From a virus (lineage: Duplodnaviria; Caudoviricetes), in IMG/VR virus record IMGVR_UViG_3300043220_000102, positions 1 to 46,909 of that record: a DNA stretch of 46,909 nucleotides; one strand, written 5' to 3'. Below the pieces are notes generated by a model that was not told where the DNA came from, ran no database searches, and was given only the letters and a program-made list of their open reading frames with translations. The position numbers and the translations under genes were made by a program. Shown piece by piece: positions 25,233 to 33,226 of the stretch (position 1 is its first letter; the number at the start of each line of letters is the position of its first letter).

Positions 25233-25620
25233 TGAGCGTCACCTCCACGTAGCGGCTTCCCTTCTCGTACCGCATCTCCGGCGCGGCCAGCGTCAGGTGC
25301 TTGCTGTCGTCGTCTACCAGCAGGCCCGCGTCCACCAGCCCGTCCCACGCCGCCTTCATGGACGCCAGGGCGTTGTCAAGATCGCGCCGGCGCTTGTCCG
25401 GCACAACGAACACCACCTTGGCGGTGACGACGGTATCTGGGCCAACCATCCAGGGCCGCCCTCCCACCTGGCCAGGGCGGGGCTCCGTGGCCTTCTTGGC
25501 ATCGGCCCAGCAGGCAGTACGGTACTCATAGGTAGCAATGCCCTTCACCCGCCAGTGCGGCCGGGCGTTCGGCGACAGCTCCTTGGGCGGCCACGGCAGG
25601 CGCAGCGTTAGAGGCGTCAT
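25222..25620 (-). CDS. rusA: RusA-family Holliday junction resolvase
   Basis: LPWPPKELSPNAR.HW and PDKRRRDLDN...KAAWDGLVDAG...DDD. Confidence 0.85.
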   Translation of the reverse strand: MTPLTLRLPWPPKELSPNARPHWRVKGIATYEYRTACWADAKKATEPRPGQVGGRPWMVGPDTVVTAKVVFVVPDKRRRDLDNALASMKAAWDGLVDAGLLVDDDSKHLTLAAPEMRYEKGSRYVEVTLNGS

Positions 25621-26009
25621 TCGGCCTCTTGCTCCATCGCTCGGGTGCCCCGAAGCGCCTTCCAGTCGGTAAGGCAACTGAACGGTCGCCTGACGGGGTG
25701 CTTGTGCCGGCCGGTTAGGCAGCGGGCGACGTGCGGCGGGAATAGTGTGAACAGCGGGGCATACTGCTCTAGGTAGGTCAACATGGGATCGTCAGCCGAC
25801 GCAGTTGCCTTCAGGCTCCAGGGCTGCCCGTCGATGCAATCCTTGCACGCGGGCCTTGTGATGCCTCGTGCGATTGTCCGGGGCGATAGGCCCGCCATGC
25901 GTGGATCACTCAGCTTCACGGTATCGCCGCGCATCTGGCCGCAGACGAAACACCTACGAAGCCCACGCACGAGGCGGGCGGCTTGTTGCAGCACTGAAGG
26001 CTTAGTCAT
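25617..26009 (-). CDS. Cys-rich hypothetical protein, 130 aa
   Basis: CFVC...CKDC; ATGA overlaps. Confidence 0.6.
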   Translation of the reverse strand: MTKPSVLQQAARLVRGLRRCFVCGQMRGDTVKLSDPRMAGLSPRTIARGITRPACKDCIDGQPWSLKATASADDPMLTYLEQYAPLFTLFPPHVARCLTGRHKHPVRRPFSCLTDWKALRGTRAMEQEAE

Positions 26010-26869
26010 ATTCCCTCCTCTTGCGGCGGCTCAGCGTGCCAGGGCAGTTCATGGACATCCAGGCCGCCGCCGAGCGGGATGCCCGGTCGGGCGCCCGCAT
26101 CCTGCTTCCCCCAGAATGCTACTCCTGCGGCCTTGCACTGATCCTTGATGTCGTAGACCCAGGAATGCTGTAGCGGCCGGTGCCCGGGCCCGGACTCCCC
26201 GCCCACCACAACCCAGTCGAGGAAGTCCATCTCCTCTTCGCATTGCGGATCGCCGCAAGGCAGCCACTCCTCTAGGTCCACCGGCCCCAGCAGCGGCTCT
26301 AGGCTGGCCCACCTGTGCGCGGCCGGCGTGTCCAGCAGCAGGGGTATCCTCTCGTCAGCCATGCGCTGGTTCTCCGCCGTCACGCCGAGCCAGATATGCG
26401 AAGCGGCGGGCGAGAGGGAGAAGAGGTGCCGCATCCGCTCCGGCCTCTTCGTCAGCATGAGATAGGTGTGCTGGCGGGCCTGAAGCATCACATCGTACAT
26501 GCGGAGTACGAACTCATCGGGGACATCTTCGTGCATCCAGTCGCCCATGAAGCAGACGGCCACGGTGCGCGGCTTGCGCCAGCGTAGGGGCTCCGAGAGG
26601 CGAGCGGGGAGAAGCTGAATCTTGTCGAATGGCCTATCGTACTGAGGCGGCATGGGCAACTTCGCGCCGCAACCGCGAGCGTGGACCGGGCTACCCGTGT
26701 GGTCAAGTTGAAGCTGGCCGATCCTGCGCAGACCCTCTGTTGCTACATCCTTGTTCGCCTCATGCCGCTGGTTGTGCAGCTTCATGGCCCAGCAATTCTT
26801 GCACCCCTCGCTGACGGGCTCACAGCCGACTGTCGGATTCCAGGACGTGGGCGCGTAGCTTATCGTCAT
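26006..26869 (-). CDS. Phage Gp37/Gp68-family (DUF5131) radical-SAM-like protein
   Basis: SWNPTVGC..VSEGCKNCWA, LTKRPER, IWLGVTAENQ, SLEPLLG, WVVVGGESG. Confidence 0.9.
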   Translation of the reverse strand: MTISYAPTSWNPTVGCEPVSEGCKNCWAMKLHNQRHEANKDVATEGLRRIGQLQLDHTGSPVHARGCGAKLPMPPQYDRPFDKIQLLPARLSEPLRWRKPRTVAVCFMGDWMHEDVPDEFVLRMYDVMLQARQHTYLMLTKRPERMRHLFSLSPAASHIWLGVTAENQRMADERIPLLLDTPAAHRWASLEPLLGPVDLEEWLPCGDPQCEEEMDFLDWVVVGGESGPGHRPLQHSWVYDIKDQCKAAGVAFWGKQDAGARPGIPLGGGLDVHELPWHAEPPQEEGI

Positions 26870-27060
26870 GACTGCCCCTTGCTGGCGGCGGCCCAGCACT
26901 CATCACAGAGATGGTGAAGGTCGTCGGCTGCGCCGTCCTCGAAGCAGAACTGGCGGTGGCAGCCACCACACCGCCAGAGCGGGCCGGCGCGACACTCGAC
27001 GTGGCCCTCAGACTTGCAGCCGGGACGGTGTATATGCGTGCCCTTCGTGTAGCTGTTCAC
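26866..27060 (-). CDS. Cys/His-rich Zn-binding protein, 64 aa
   Basis: CGGC...C...CDEC. Confidence 0.6.
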   Translation of the reverse strand: MNSYTKGTHIHRPGCKSEGHVECRAGPLWRCGGCHRQFCFEDGAADDLHHLCDECWAAASKGQS

Positions 27061-27248
27061 CGGCGCTTCTCCTTCTGCGCCCAGCGCACCCCGGCGAGGA
27101 AGAAGTGGGCTAGCTCTTCCCTCTCTTCATCGGTGTGGCCGCGCTCCCAGGCATCTACCCAGCCCTTGAATCGCTGCGTCGCGGCCTCGATAAGCGCCTT
27201 GCGCTGCTCGGGGGTTAGGCCGAGAGGCCCGTCAGGGGTGCTAGGCAT
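27057..27248 (-). CDS. Hypothetical protein, 63 aa
   Basis: TGATG overlap; FLAGVRWA motif. Confidence 0.6.
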   Translation of the reverse strand: MPSTPDGPLGLTPEQRKALIEAATQRFKGWVDAWERGHTDEEREELAHFFLAGVRWAQKEKRR

Positions 27249-27565
27249 CACTTCCACCTGATGTCCTTGAACTCGATGGCGTAGACTGTCTCGGAAAGGC
27301 GCACATGTGAATAGAGGTCTGCCCACGCGATCAGGAAGCCCATCAGGTTCTTGTACCCCTCAGCCTGAGCTGCCGGCTCTCTCATTTGGCCAAGCCTGTG
27401 TTCCCACGCCCTCACCACGGTCGCGTGGCCCAGGTACTCGCCCTTGTGGACGATGGTGATGCGGTCGCCGGGCTTCTTGTTCAGCCAGTAGGGCGATCGG
27501 CGGCGAGTCTGCTTCTTTCGGCCCGTCCGCATAGCGGCTATGGACTCGGGTAGATCAAACCTCAT
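27248..27565 (-). CDS. ASCH-domain protein
   Basis: TGRKKQTRR...KPGD...AQAEGY...VYAIEF. Confidence 0.8.
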   Translation of the reverse strand: MRFDLPESIAAMRTGRKKQTRRRSPYWLNKKPGDRITIVHKGEYLGHATVVRAWEHRLGQMREPAAQAEGYKNLMGFLIAWADLYSHVRLSETVYAIEFKDIRWK

Positions 27566-27780
27566 CGCCTTCCCCCGCACTCCGCTGTGCCGTGGCAGCA
27601 CCCGCACTTCTCCTCGCCGCGCTTCACGCCAGCGTCAAAGGCGGATCGCATGAGCCATGTTTGGCGGGCTTCATCAAGCCCCGCCTTCATTAGCTCCTCA
27701 GGGAACTTGGGGTGCTGAATATAGAATCCTCCTAGCCACTCCTCAAACGCCCTGGTGTCTTCATCCTGTCCGATGCTCAT
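27562..27780 (-). CDS. Hypothetical protein, 72 aa
   Basis: AFEEW...AFDAG; CGCCH. Confidence 0.6.
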   Translation of the reverse strand: MSIGQDEDTRAFEEWLGGFYIQHPKFPEELMKAGLDEARQTWLMRSAFDAGVKRGEEKCGCCHGTAECGGRR

Positions 27781-27916
27781 GCTCTCACTTTCCTCCCGAA
27801 GGCCCGGCGGTGGCGCGGCGAGGTGTGCCGGTGGACGGGCTTGGGCTTGCCGGCGCCCTGGTGCGGGTGCAGGGTGACGCCGTTGGGCCGGGCCCGCGTA
27901 GTACGCGGTGCTTCAT
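27777..27916 (-). pseudogene. Small basic ORF apparently frameshifted by a 5-bp tandem duplication
   Basis: GGGCC doubled at 27885-27894; removing one copy restores a 44-aa ORF with ATGA coupling to the next gene. Confidence 0.4.
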
Positions 27917-27934
27917 GGCAGCCTCCACTCGGGC

Positions 27935-28174
27935 TCAGTCATGCGGCTCCCCTTCGCCCAGGTAACGCCCACGCTTGCGCCCATAAACCTGCTTCTCGGC
28001 CTGCGTGACCGCTTGGCGCAACTTGATTCGCTGAAGGCACCAGCTGCAATCTTGCGCCTCGTCTCGGCTGTGCCCATCGCGGTCCAAGCACCACAGATCA
28101 TCAGAAGATGCCCGCGCTTCCCAGATGAGGCGCGTGAGCCACCTCTTCTGCATTAGGGCTAGGTTAGCCTTCAT
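27935..28174 (-). CDS. Hypothetical protein, 79 aa
   Basis: GAGG RBS; C...H...CSWC. Confidence 0.6.
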   Translation of the reverse strand: MKANLALMQKRWLTRLIWEARASSDDLWCLDRDGHSRDEAQDCSWCLQRIKLRQAVTQAEKQVYGRKRGRYLGEGEPHD

Positions 28175-28181
28175 GGCACCC

Positions 28182-28670
28182 TCACGGACAGCCAGGCCAG
28201 GGTTGCCAGCCCCGGCGCTGGTACAATTCCCAGGCGGCCGCTATGTTGATCTCGGGCTGGACAAGTTGCTCGGGCGTCCAGCGGTGCCCCTCCCAGATTT
28301 GTAGCAACCCCCAGTACGGCCCCACGGGGTTGTAAGCTAGAGCGTTGCCCGAACTCTCGCACCAGACTATGGCCTCTGCCCGGGCGGCGTCCCACGAGTA
28401 TGCTCCGATGAGGCCGCGCCATTGGTCCGTAGTTCCGCCTTCACCTTGTCCCGCGCTCGCAACAGCCTTCTCTTCCCCTCTTCGTGTAGCCGCGCCTCGG
28501 TCCGGCGTTGGTCCCGGTGTCGGCCAAGCTCGCGCCATACCTTCTCTGTGGCCCATGTCACTAGGATCAGCCCAGCCAGTATCCACAAGATGATCGCTCC
28601 TGTCCACTCCATCGCTTCCTCCTCCGACCATGCTCATCACCGCCAGGAGGAGCAGGGCGCAGCGTTTCAG
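28182..28670 (-). CDS. Lytic transglycosylase (SLT-like) with putative signal peptide and CTG start
   Basis: WCESSGN, GLLQI, PEINIAAAWELY, GWQPW; GGAGGAGG upstream of CTG at 28670. Confidence 0.75.
   Translation of the reverse strand: MKRCALLLLAVMSMVGGGSDGVDRSDHLVDTGWADPSDMGHREGMARAWPTPGPTPDRGAATRRGEEKAVASAGQGEGGTTDQWRGLIGAYSWDAARAEAIVWCESSGNALAYNPVGPYWGLLQIWEGHRWTPEQLVQPEINIAAAWELYQRRGWQPWPGCP
28367..28612 (-). CDS. Nested 81-aa membrane-anchored protein in an alternative frame
   Basis: GGAGGAGG-ATG; AIILWILAGLILVTW followed by a basic helix. Confidence 0.55.
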   Translation of the reverse strand: MEWTGAIILWILAGLILVTWATEKVWRELGRHRDQRRTEARLHEEGKRRLLRARDKVKAELRTNGAASSEHTRGTPPGQRP

Positions 28671-28840
28671 GCCTGGGCCTCCTCCGGCTCGTGCTTCGCC
28701 ATGAAGGCCGCTACCCGCTTAGCGACTGGGCAGTCGGGCGCGGGTTCGTTGTGGACGTGCAGTGCCTTCTCGGGAACGTAATGAACCGCCCCTGGGCACT
28801 TGTTGCAGTGCTTGCCATCTCGGGTGAATGCAATATCCAT
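28667..28840 (-). CDS. 57-aa Cys/His protein
   Basis: MDIAFTRDGKHCNKC...H...C; AAGGAG RBS; absent from the ORF track. Confidence 0.6.
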   Translation of the reverse strand: MDIAFTRDGKHCNKCPGAVHYVPEKALHVHNEPAPDCPVAKRVAAFMAKHEPEEAQA

Positions 28841-29086
28841 CGTTCTCTCCTTAGTCCTTGTTCAATCGGCTGCACGTCTTGCAGCACATGCCCATCGGCA
28901 GGTTGATGGTTAGCCGCCACTGTTCAGCGCTACGTCCACACGGGGCACGGGCTGACACTCCCCGATCTCCGAAGTCCCGCACGATATGGAGGCGTTGCCC
29001 TTTCCGCTCCTGGGCGTAGAGAATGCCAGGGGTGCCGAGCGATATTCCGATAGAGGCTGTCACCATCGTTCTCTCCTTAGTCCTTG
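28837..29086. repeat. 24-bp perfect direct repeat flanking one gene
   Basis: CCATCGTTCTCTCCTTAGTCCTTG at 28837-28860 and 29063-29086. Confidence 0.9.
28851..29066 (-). CDS. Zn-finger protein, 71 aa
   Basis: LHIV...PCG...CCKTC. Confidence 0.65.
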   Translation of the reverse strand: MVTASIGISLGTPGILYAQERKGQRLHIVRDFGDRGVSARAPCGRSAEQWRLTINLPMGMCCKTCSRLNKD

Positions 29087-29280
29087 GGCACGCCGCTAGG
29101 CGGCCAACATTCCCTGCACGGCCTCAGGCCGCGCTCCTCTAGTTGCATGTCGCCCTCGGGCATACGATCCACGAACATCTTCTCTACGCAGTGCGCCCAG
29201 AGGGGGGCGAACCGGCGGGTTCGGTGGTAGTACACAGGCGCTCTGCTGATGGTGCCGACGTACTTGGTGTTAGGTGCCAT
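29077..29280 (-). CDS. Ada metal-binding-like small protein
   Basis: YYH...C...GLRPCRECWP. Confidence 0.6.
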   Translation of the reverse strand: MAPNTKYVGTISRAPVYYHRTRRFAPLWAHCVEKMFVDRMPEGDMQLEERGLRPCRECWPPSGVPKD

Positions 29281-29298
29281 GCTCCCTCCCTGTGGCCG

Positions 29299-29625
29299 CT
29301 AGGCGCTCGCGCCACGATCCTCGGGGTGCGTTGCAGCGTACTGTTCCGTCGCGCCCGCTTCCTCTCGACCTCGCTCAGCCGACGCTTCGGCTTCCATGTC
29401 AGCGTCCATCGTTGCCTCACACGCATCGAGGTAGAGACATGCGCGGCGGAGCATTTCACCGACAGCCCAATGCTCGCCGTCAAGGTGTTTGAGTTCGGTA
29501 GCAATCTCTCTCAGGCGTGGCCGAATGGCCGGGTAGTTCCTAATTGGATCAATGACGTGCTCGGCACTACTAACGATCTGGATCAATTCGCCCTCGTGGA
29601 CTGCGCTCTTGTCCGGGTGTCCCAT
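29299..29625 (-). CDS. Hypothetical protein, 108 aa
   Basis: ORF with acidic tail within the operon. Confidence 0.6.
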   Translation of the reverse strand: MGHPDKSAVHEGELIQIVSSAEHVIDPIRNYPAIRPRLREIATELKHLDGEHWAVGEMLRRACLYLDACEATMDADMEAEASAERGREEAGATEQYAATHPEDRGASA

Positions 29626-29628
29626 CGT

Positions 29629-30384
29629 TCAGCCTTCCTTCCGTGTGTGAACGTGCCCACAACCATCCCCCTCGCCGCAGGTACACATCTCGGGCAAGTT
29701 CGGCCCGTCCGAACGCGCCCCTTCCTTGAGTAGCTTCACCACGCTCGCCACGGTGTCGCCGGCCAGCCGCGCCACTACCGCCGTGTCCAGCGCCCACTGC
29801 GGGTTCTCGTGCGCGCACACCTTCGCCCGCACCTTCACCCCTATAGCCAGGACATCCTTCCAGGTGTCCCCGCCGCCCAGGGCGATCTCAAAGGTCTTCC
29901 AAGAACTTACCCGGTCGAAGACAAGGTGCCAGTCCATAGGCTTCGCGTGGTCCTTGCTGAGTTGCTTCGCCGCTTCCAGCCACCAGTAGCGCATCCAGCC
30001 GATCCGTTCCTCGACGGCGAAGGCGCCGTCGCACTGTCGCTTGTAGCACCCGACGGCATCCTCGTCGGCTTGCTCCCAGTCGGCGGCCAGCTTCTCGACT
30101 TCCCAGCAGCGCTTGTCCGGGGAGTCGTTGTCGAAGGTGACGGGGGACCGGAATTCGCCCTGGGTCCCGACATAGAAGCCGCCCACCACCTTGTAATTGA
30201 AGTCCCCCGCGTGGTGGGCATCATGGCAGCCCCTACAAATCGGGTCTCGCACATCAGCTTCCGTAGGGGCCTTCCAGCCCCGCCCGCCCATTTTGCGGTG
30301 CTCTCGGTGGTGCTCGCCGTGAGGCACACTGGGCAGACTACACCTCAAGCATGGAACGCTCAGATCGGGGCCGGGGGTGTTCAT
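29629..30384 (-). CDS. Protein with N-terminal HNH-like Zn/nuclease domain
   Basis: CLRC...HHREHRKMGG...PICRGCHDAHH. Confidence 0.6.
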   Translation of the reverse strand: MNTPGPDLSVPCLRCSLPSVPHGEHHREHRKMGGRGWKAPTEADVRDPICRGCHDAHHAGDFNYKVVGGFYVGTQGEFRSPVTFDNDSPDKRCWEVEKLAADWEQADEDAVGCYKRQCDGAFAVEERIGWMRYWWLEAAKQLSKDHAKPMDWHLVFDRVSSWKTFEIALGGGDTWKDVLAIGVKVRAKVCAHENPQWALDTAVVARLAGDTVASVVKLLKEGARSDGPNLPEMCTCGEGDGCGHVHTRKEG

Positions 30385-30566
30385 GGCTCTTGGCTAAAGC
30401 TCTCCTCTGCTGCGCGTTCCAAGTCCCGCTCGAAGTTCATGTCGATGATGATGTCGTTGGTGCGCTGCTGCTCCCGTGCGCCCTCTTCCCTGCAGGGCTC
30501 TGAGCAGTAGCGGCCAGGGTGGACGCCGTGGCGCAAGGTCTCACCGCAGTAGATGCAGCGGTTCAT
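30381..30566 (-). CDS. Zn-finger protein, 61 aa
   Basis: CIYCG...RYCSEPC. Confidence 0.6.
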   Translation of the reverse strand: MNRCIYCGETLRHGVHPGRYCSEPCREEGAREQQRTNDIIIDMNFERDLERAAEESFSQEP

Positions 30567-30676
30567 GGCTTTGCCTCCCCCATCATGGCCTTCCACTTCT
30601 TCAGGCACTCGTCCCTGTAGCACAGCGGGGAATCGCTGGGCGCGCCACAAACCACGCAAGGCTGTTTCGGCGTCAC
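30563..30676 (-). CDS. 37-aa Cys-rich microprotein
   Basis: MTPKQPCVVCGAPSDSPLCYRDEC; NTGA overlaps at both ends. Confidence 0.5.
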   Translation of the reverse strand: MTPKQPCVVCGAPSDSPLCYRDECLKKWKAMMGEAKP

Positions 30677-31260
30677 GCGGGCTCCCCCGGCCCTGGGTCC
30701 CCGTCCTGGGGCTCCTCGCCCTCGCCAGCAATCTGCTTCAGCCCCTCGTGGTAGTAGGTGTCAGCCACGGACAGCACCTCGCCGGACACGCGCTGGGGGC
30801 TGCCCTCTGCTGTCGTCGCCAGCACCCACTCCTGGGCGCGAGCCAGGCAGGTCTGGAAAAGGATCGTGTTCTCCCGGTTGGGCGGCGGAGGCACGGGGCC
30901 AGCAGCCCTGTACTCGTCGTAGGACGCGGGCTTCGGCCCGTTGGTATCGGTAGGCGTGGGGCCGGCGGTGGTGGTCGGCACGGGGCCAGTCTTGGGCTGC
31001 TCGCCGGTCGGGGGCGTGCGGCGGCCCTGCGAGGTCGGCCATACTTCCCGAACCCAGAACTTCGCGCTGCCATCAGCATCAAACGTCTGCTCGTAGGTGA
31101 CAGTAACCTTGTCACCCTTGTTTGCAGGCCAAGCCCCCTCAAAGTCCTTGCCGCGATTGAACCATTGATCCTTGCCCGAGTTATCACTCTCGTACTCTTC
31201 CAGGATAAAGCCCTTGCCAGTACGGCTCAGAGACTTGACAGTTCCTTCTAGTTCGGGCAT
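30673..31260 (-). CDS. Putative OB-fold ssDNA-binding protein
   Basis: EGTVKSLSRTGKGFIL...WFN...KGDKVTVTY, Pro/Thr linker, helical C-domain, acidic tail. Confidence 0.55.
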   Translation of the reverse strand: MPELEGTVKSLSRTGKGFILEEYESDNSGKDQWFNRGKDFEGAWPANKGDKVTVTYEQTFDADGSAKFWVREVWPTSQGRRTPPTGEQPKTGPVPTTTAGPTPTDTNGPKPASYDEYRAAGPVPPPPNRENTILFQTCLARAQEWVLATTAEGSPQRVSGEVLSVADTYYHEGLKQIAGEGEEPQDGDPGPGEPA

Positions 31261-31491
31261 CTACCTCTCCTCCATTTCTGCCGCTTCCTCGCGCTCCTGT
31301 AGCGAGGGGTTCAGGTCGTTCTGTATTCCGAGCTTCGAGCGTTCCGCTGGCGTCAGGGGCAGGTCTGCTTGCGACAGGCCCCCGTTCTCCCTCTCGTGGT
31401 ACAGCCCCAGCCGTGCCCGCCGGTCTTCCCAGAGCGGGTTGCCGAGGTCGTGCTCCTCGTCCATGTCGAGGAAGTCCTCCGGGCCACTCAT
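31261..31491 (-). CDS. Acidic hypothetical protein, 76 aa
   Basis: GGAGG RBS; ATGA overlap. Confidence 0.6.
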   Translation of the reverse strand: MSGPEDFLDMDEEHDLGNPLWEDRRARLGLYHERENGGLSQADLPLTPAERSKLGIQNDLNPSLQEREEAAEMEER

Positions 31492-31700
31492 CGCACCGCC
31501 TCCGCCGCCGCCATGTCCCGCTCAGCCCTCTCCCGCTCCTGGTCTACCAGCCAGTCGAGCACTAAGTCGCTGATAGTGCCGTCCAGGTGCTCGGCGAAGT
31601 CCTTGACTATCGCCTCCCACTCCTCGCCCTCGGGCATCCAGTCCTCTTCGTGGTCCCGCAGTACGCGCCGGGCCAGGGCGATTAGCTCATAATCCTTCAT
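31488..31700 (-). CDS. Acidic hypothetical protein, 70 aa
   Basis: MKDYELIALARRVL...; ATGA overlap. Confidence 0.65.
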   Translation of the reverse strand: MKDYELIALARRVLRDHEEDWMPEGEEWEAIVKDFAEHLDGTISDLVLDWLVDQERERAERDMAAAEAVR

Positions 31701-31864
31701 GACGTACCCCTCTGCTGGGCCAAGAAGCGGTGATCGCGGTTGTTCTCGGCGAAGTGAAGGTGGAGATCGTCGCCACATCGCGCACAGGTATCCAGGAAGT
31801 CCTGGCACTCAGCGCAGAGACGCGGGCGTAGCTTTCGCCGCTTGCCACACTGTGGGCATCTCAT
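31697..31864 (-). CDS. Cys-rich protein, 55 aa
   Basis: CPQC...CAEC...CARC. Confidence 0.55.
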   Translation of the reverse strand: MRCPQCGKRRKLRPRLCAECQDFLDTCARCGDDLHLHFAENNRDHRFLAQQRGTS

Positions 31865-32208
31865 GCCGCACCGCCTCGGGCTGCGGCGATGGCCTTGCGT
31901 ATATCCACCAGAGCGGCTTCGGCCAGCGCATCCCATACGGCTTGCTCATCTGGGGTGCCTCGCGCCTTGTCCTTGTTCTGTAGCGTGACCTGCGCCGAAC
32001 CCAGCGCCGCCACCAGCCCCTCGCGCTCCTCGTCCCTGCGTTCCAGCAGCGCAAGAAGGCGCTCGGCAGTGCCCTGGATGACGGACAGGCGAGTCCAGAG
32101 TTGGTAGATCGAGTTTCCGCCACAAGGAGCGCCCGCCTGCGCCAGGATCGCTTCCACCAGCCCTAGCACCTGCTGGTCCGGCGGGCAGGCGACTTGCTGT
32201 TCGCTCAT
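31861..32208 (-). CDS. Hypothetical protein, 115 aa
   Basis: AGGAG RBS; ends IRKAIAAARG. Confidence 0.65.
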   Translation of the reverse strand: MSEQQVACPPDQQVLGLVEAILAQAGAPCGGNSIYQLWTRLSVIQGTAERLLALLERRDEEREGLVAALGSAQVTLQNKDKARGTPDEQAVWDALAEAALVDIRKAIAAARGGAA

Positions 32209-32447
32209 GACGGCTCCTGAGCAAGCTTGCCCTCAAAGGCATTGCGGAGCATGTGGGCAGTGCACCGGCAGTCGTCAGGCTGCGTTTGCCAGTTGAAGCA
32301 GCCATTCCGGTACATGTGGCTAGGCATCGCCTTGTCGAATACTTCGAGGGCTATGCCCACGGCTACCAGTAGCCGATCGTGGCAGGCCCGCAGGTCGTCG
32401 GCGCTATCGTCGTAGGGGCATTCGTGCTGCTTGCTTTGCCCTGCCAT
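32205..32447 (-). CDS. Hypothetical protein, 80 aa
   Basis: AGGAAAGGT upstream; H...C...CRC. Confidence 0.6.
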   Translation of the reverse strand: MAGQSKQHECPYDDSADDLRACHDRLLVAVGIALEVFDKAMPSHMYRNGCFNWQTQPDDCRCTAHMLRNAFEGKLAQEPS

Positions 32448-32459
32448 GTTCGTTACCTT

Positions 32460-32908
32460 TCCTAGTGACTGCACGTCGCTGGCACGGCCTCCCGGCCTCT
32501 CACGGTCGAGAGGCCGCGCTGTATTAGCCCTCTCGGGCTGTCGACGCTGGCGATCTTCCTAACCGCATCACCCCCTCCTCTGGCCTAGGCTCCCGTGCTG
32601 TGACATCTCCCAGGCTCCGCACGGGTATCCCGTGGCTGGGCATCCCTGCCCCTGACATCCGATTGCGTCCTTGCCGTGGGCTTCCTGCCCTGGCATCCTG
32701 GGCATGGCCACGGGGCGGAAGGTAGGCTGCGCACTTGAATAGGCCGAGTCGAACGCCTAACCCTGCTAGCGGGTTCCCACCAGGGATTACACCTACCCTC
32801 CGCTCCATGTCCATGCCGGTGCCCAATGAGGCGCTGCCCAACGCGGCTGGTGGCGGGGTGGAACCCCGACCGGGGGAAGTGGCCGGGGGTGCGCTGAGCA
32901 ACGCCTCA
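32460..32908 (-). ncRNA. Candidate ~450-nt multi-domain structured RNA
   Basis: 18-bp and 12-bp stems with G-U pairs, a GTTCGACTC T-loop-like hairpin and a GAGA tetraloop. Confidence 0.55.
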
Positions 32909-33226
32909 CTGAACATCGACGGCTCGCAATTCTTCTTCGCGCCGGCGGAACTCCGCCTCTGCGGCGGGGAGGTCGGGGCAGTCGATTAAATCCTGCGAGT
33001 TCCAGAAACAGTCCATGTCACAGCAACCAGCAGGCCGCAGGGTTCCGCCAATCGCAACGGAGTAAGGATAGACAAAGCCCTGAGAGATGCAACTCGCGTC
33101 ATGGAGGGCTTTGGCCGCTACGTTGTCGCGCAGCGTGAGTACCTGCCCCTCGAAGTGGACGCACCGCACCCACGGCGGGCACCCGCACCCGTCACGCTCG
33201 GCGCGGTGGCCGTTGGGGCTAGGCAC
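32906..33226 (-). CDS. Cys-rich hypothetical protein, 106 aa
   Basis: GTG start overlapping the upstream stop. Confidence 0.6.
   Translation of the reverse strand: MPSPNGHRAERDGCGCPPWVRCVHFEGQVLTLRDNVAAKALHDASCISQGFVYPYSVAIGGTLRPAGCCDMDCFWNSQDLIDCPDLPAAEAEFRRREEELRAVDVQ

Noticed and set aside
31235-31265. Plus-strand TTGACA promoter antisense to the SSB-like gene
   Set aside because: No TANNNT at 17-18 nt spacing.
32715-32803. tRNA gene
   Set aside because: Has a GTTCGA loop but no canonical D-arm/anticodon geometry or acceptor spacing; kept only as part of the ncRNA candidate.
32524-32916. 130-aa CDS
   Set aside because: Low-complexity Gly/Pro/Arg translation over strong RNA stems; not excluded but unsupported.
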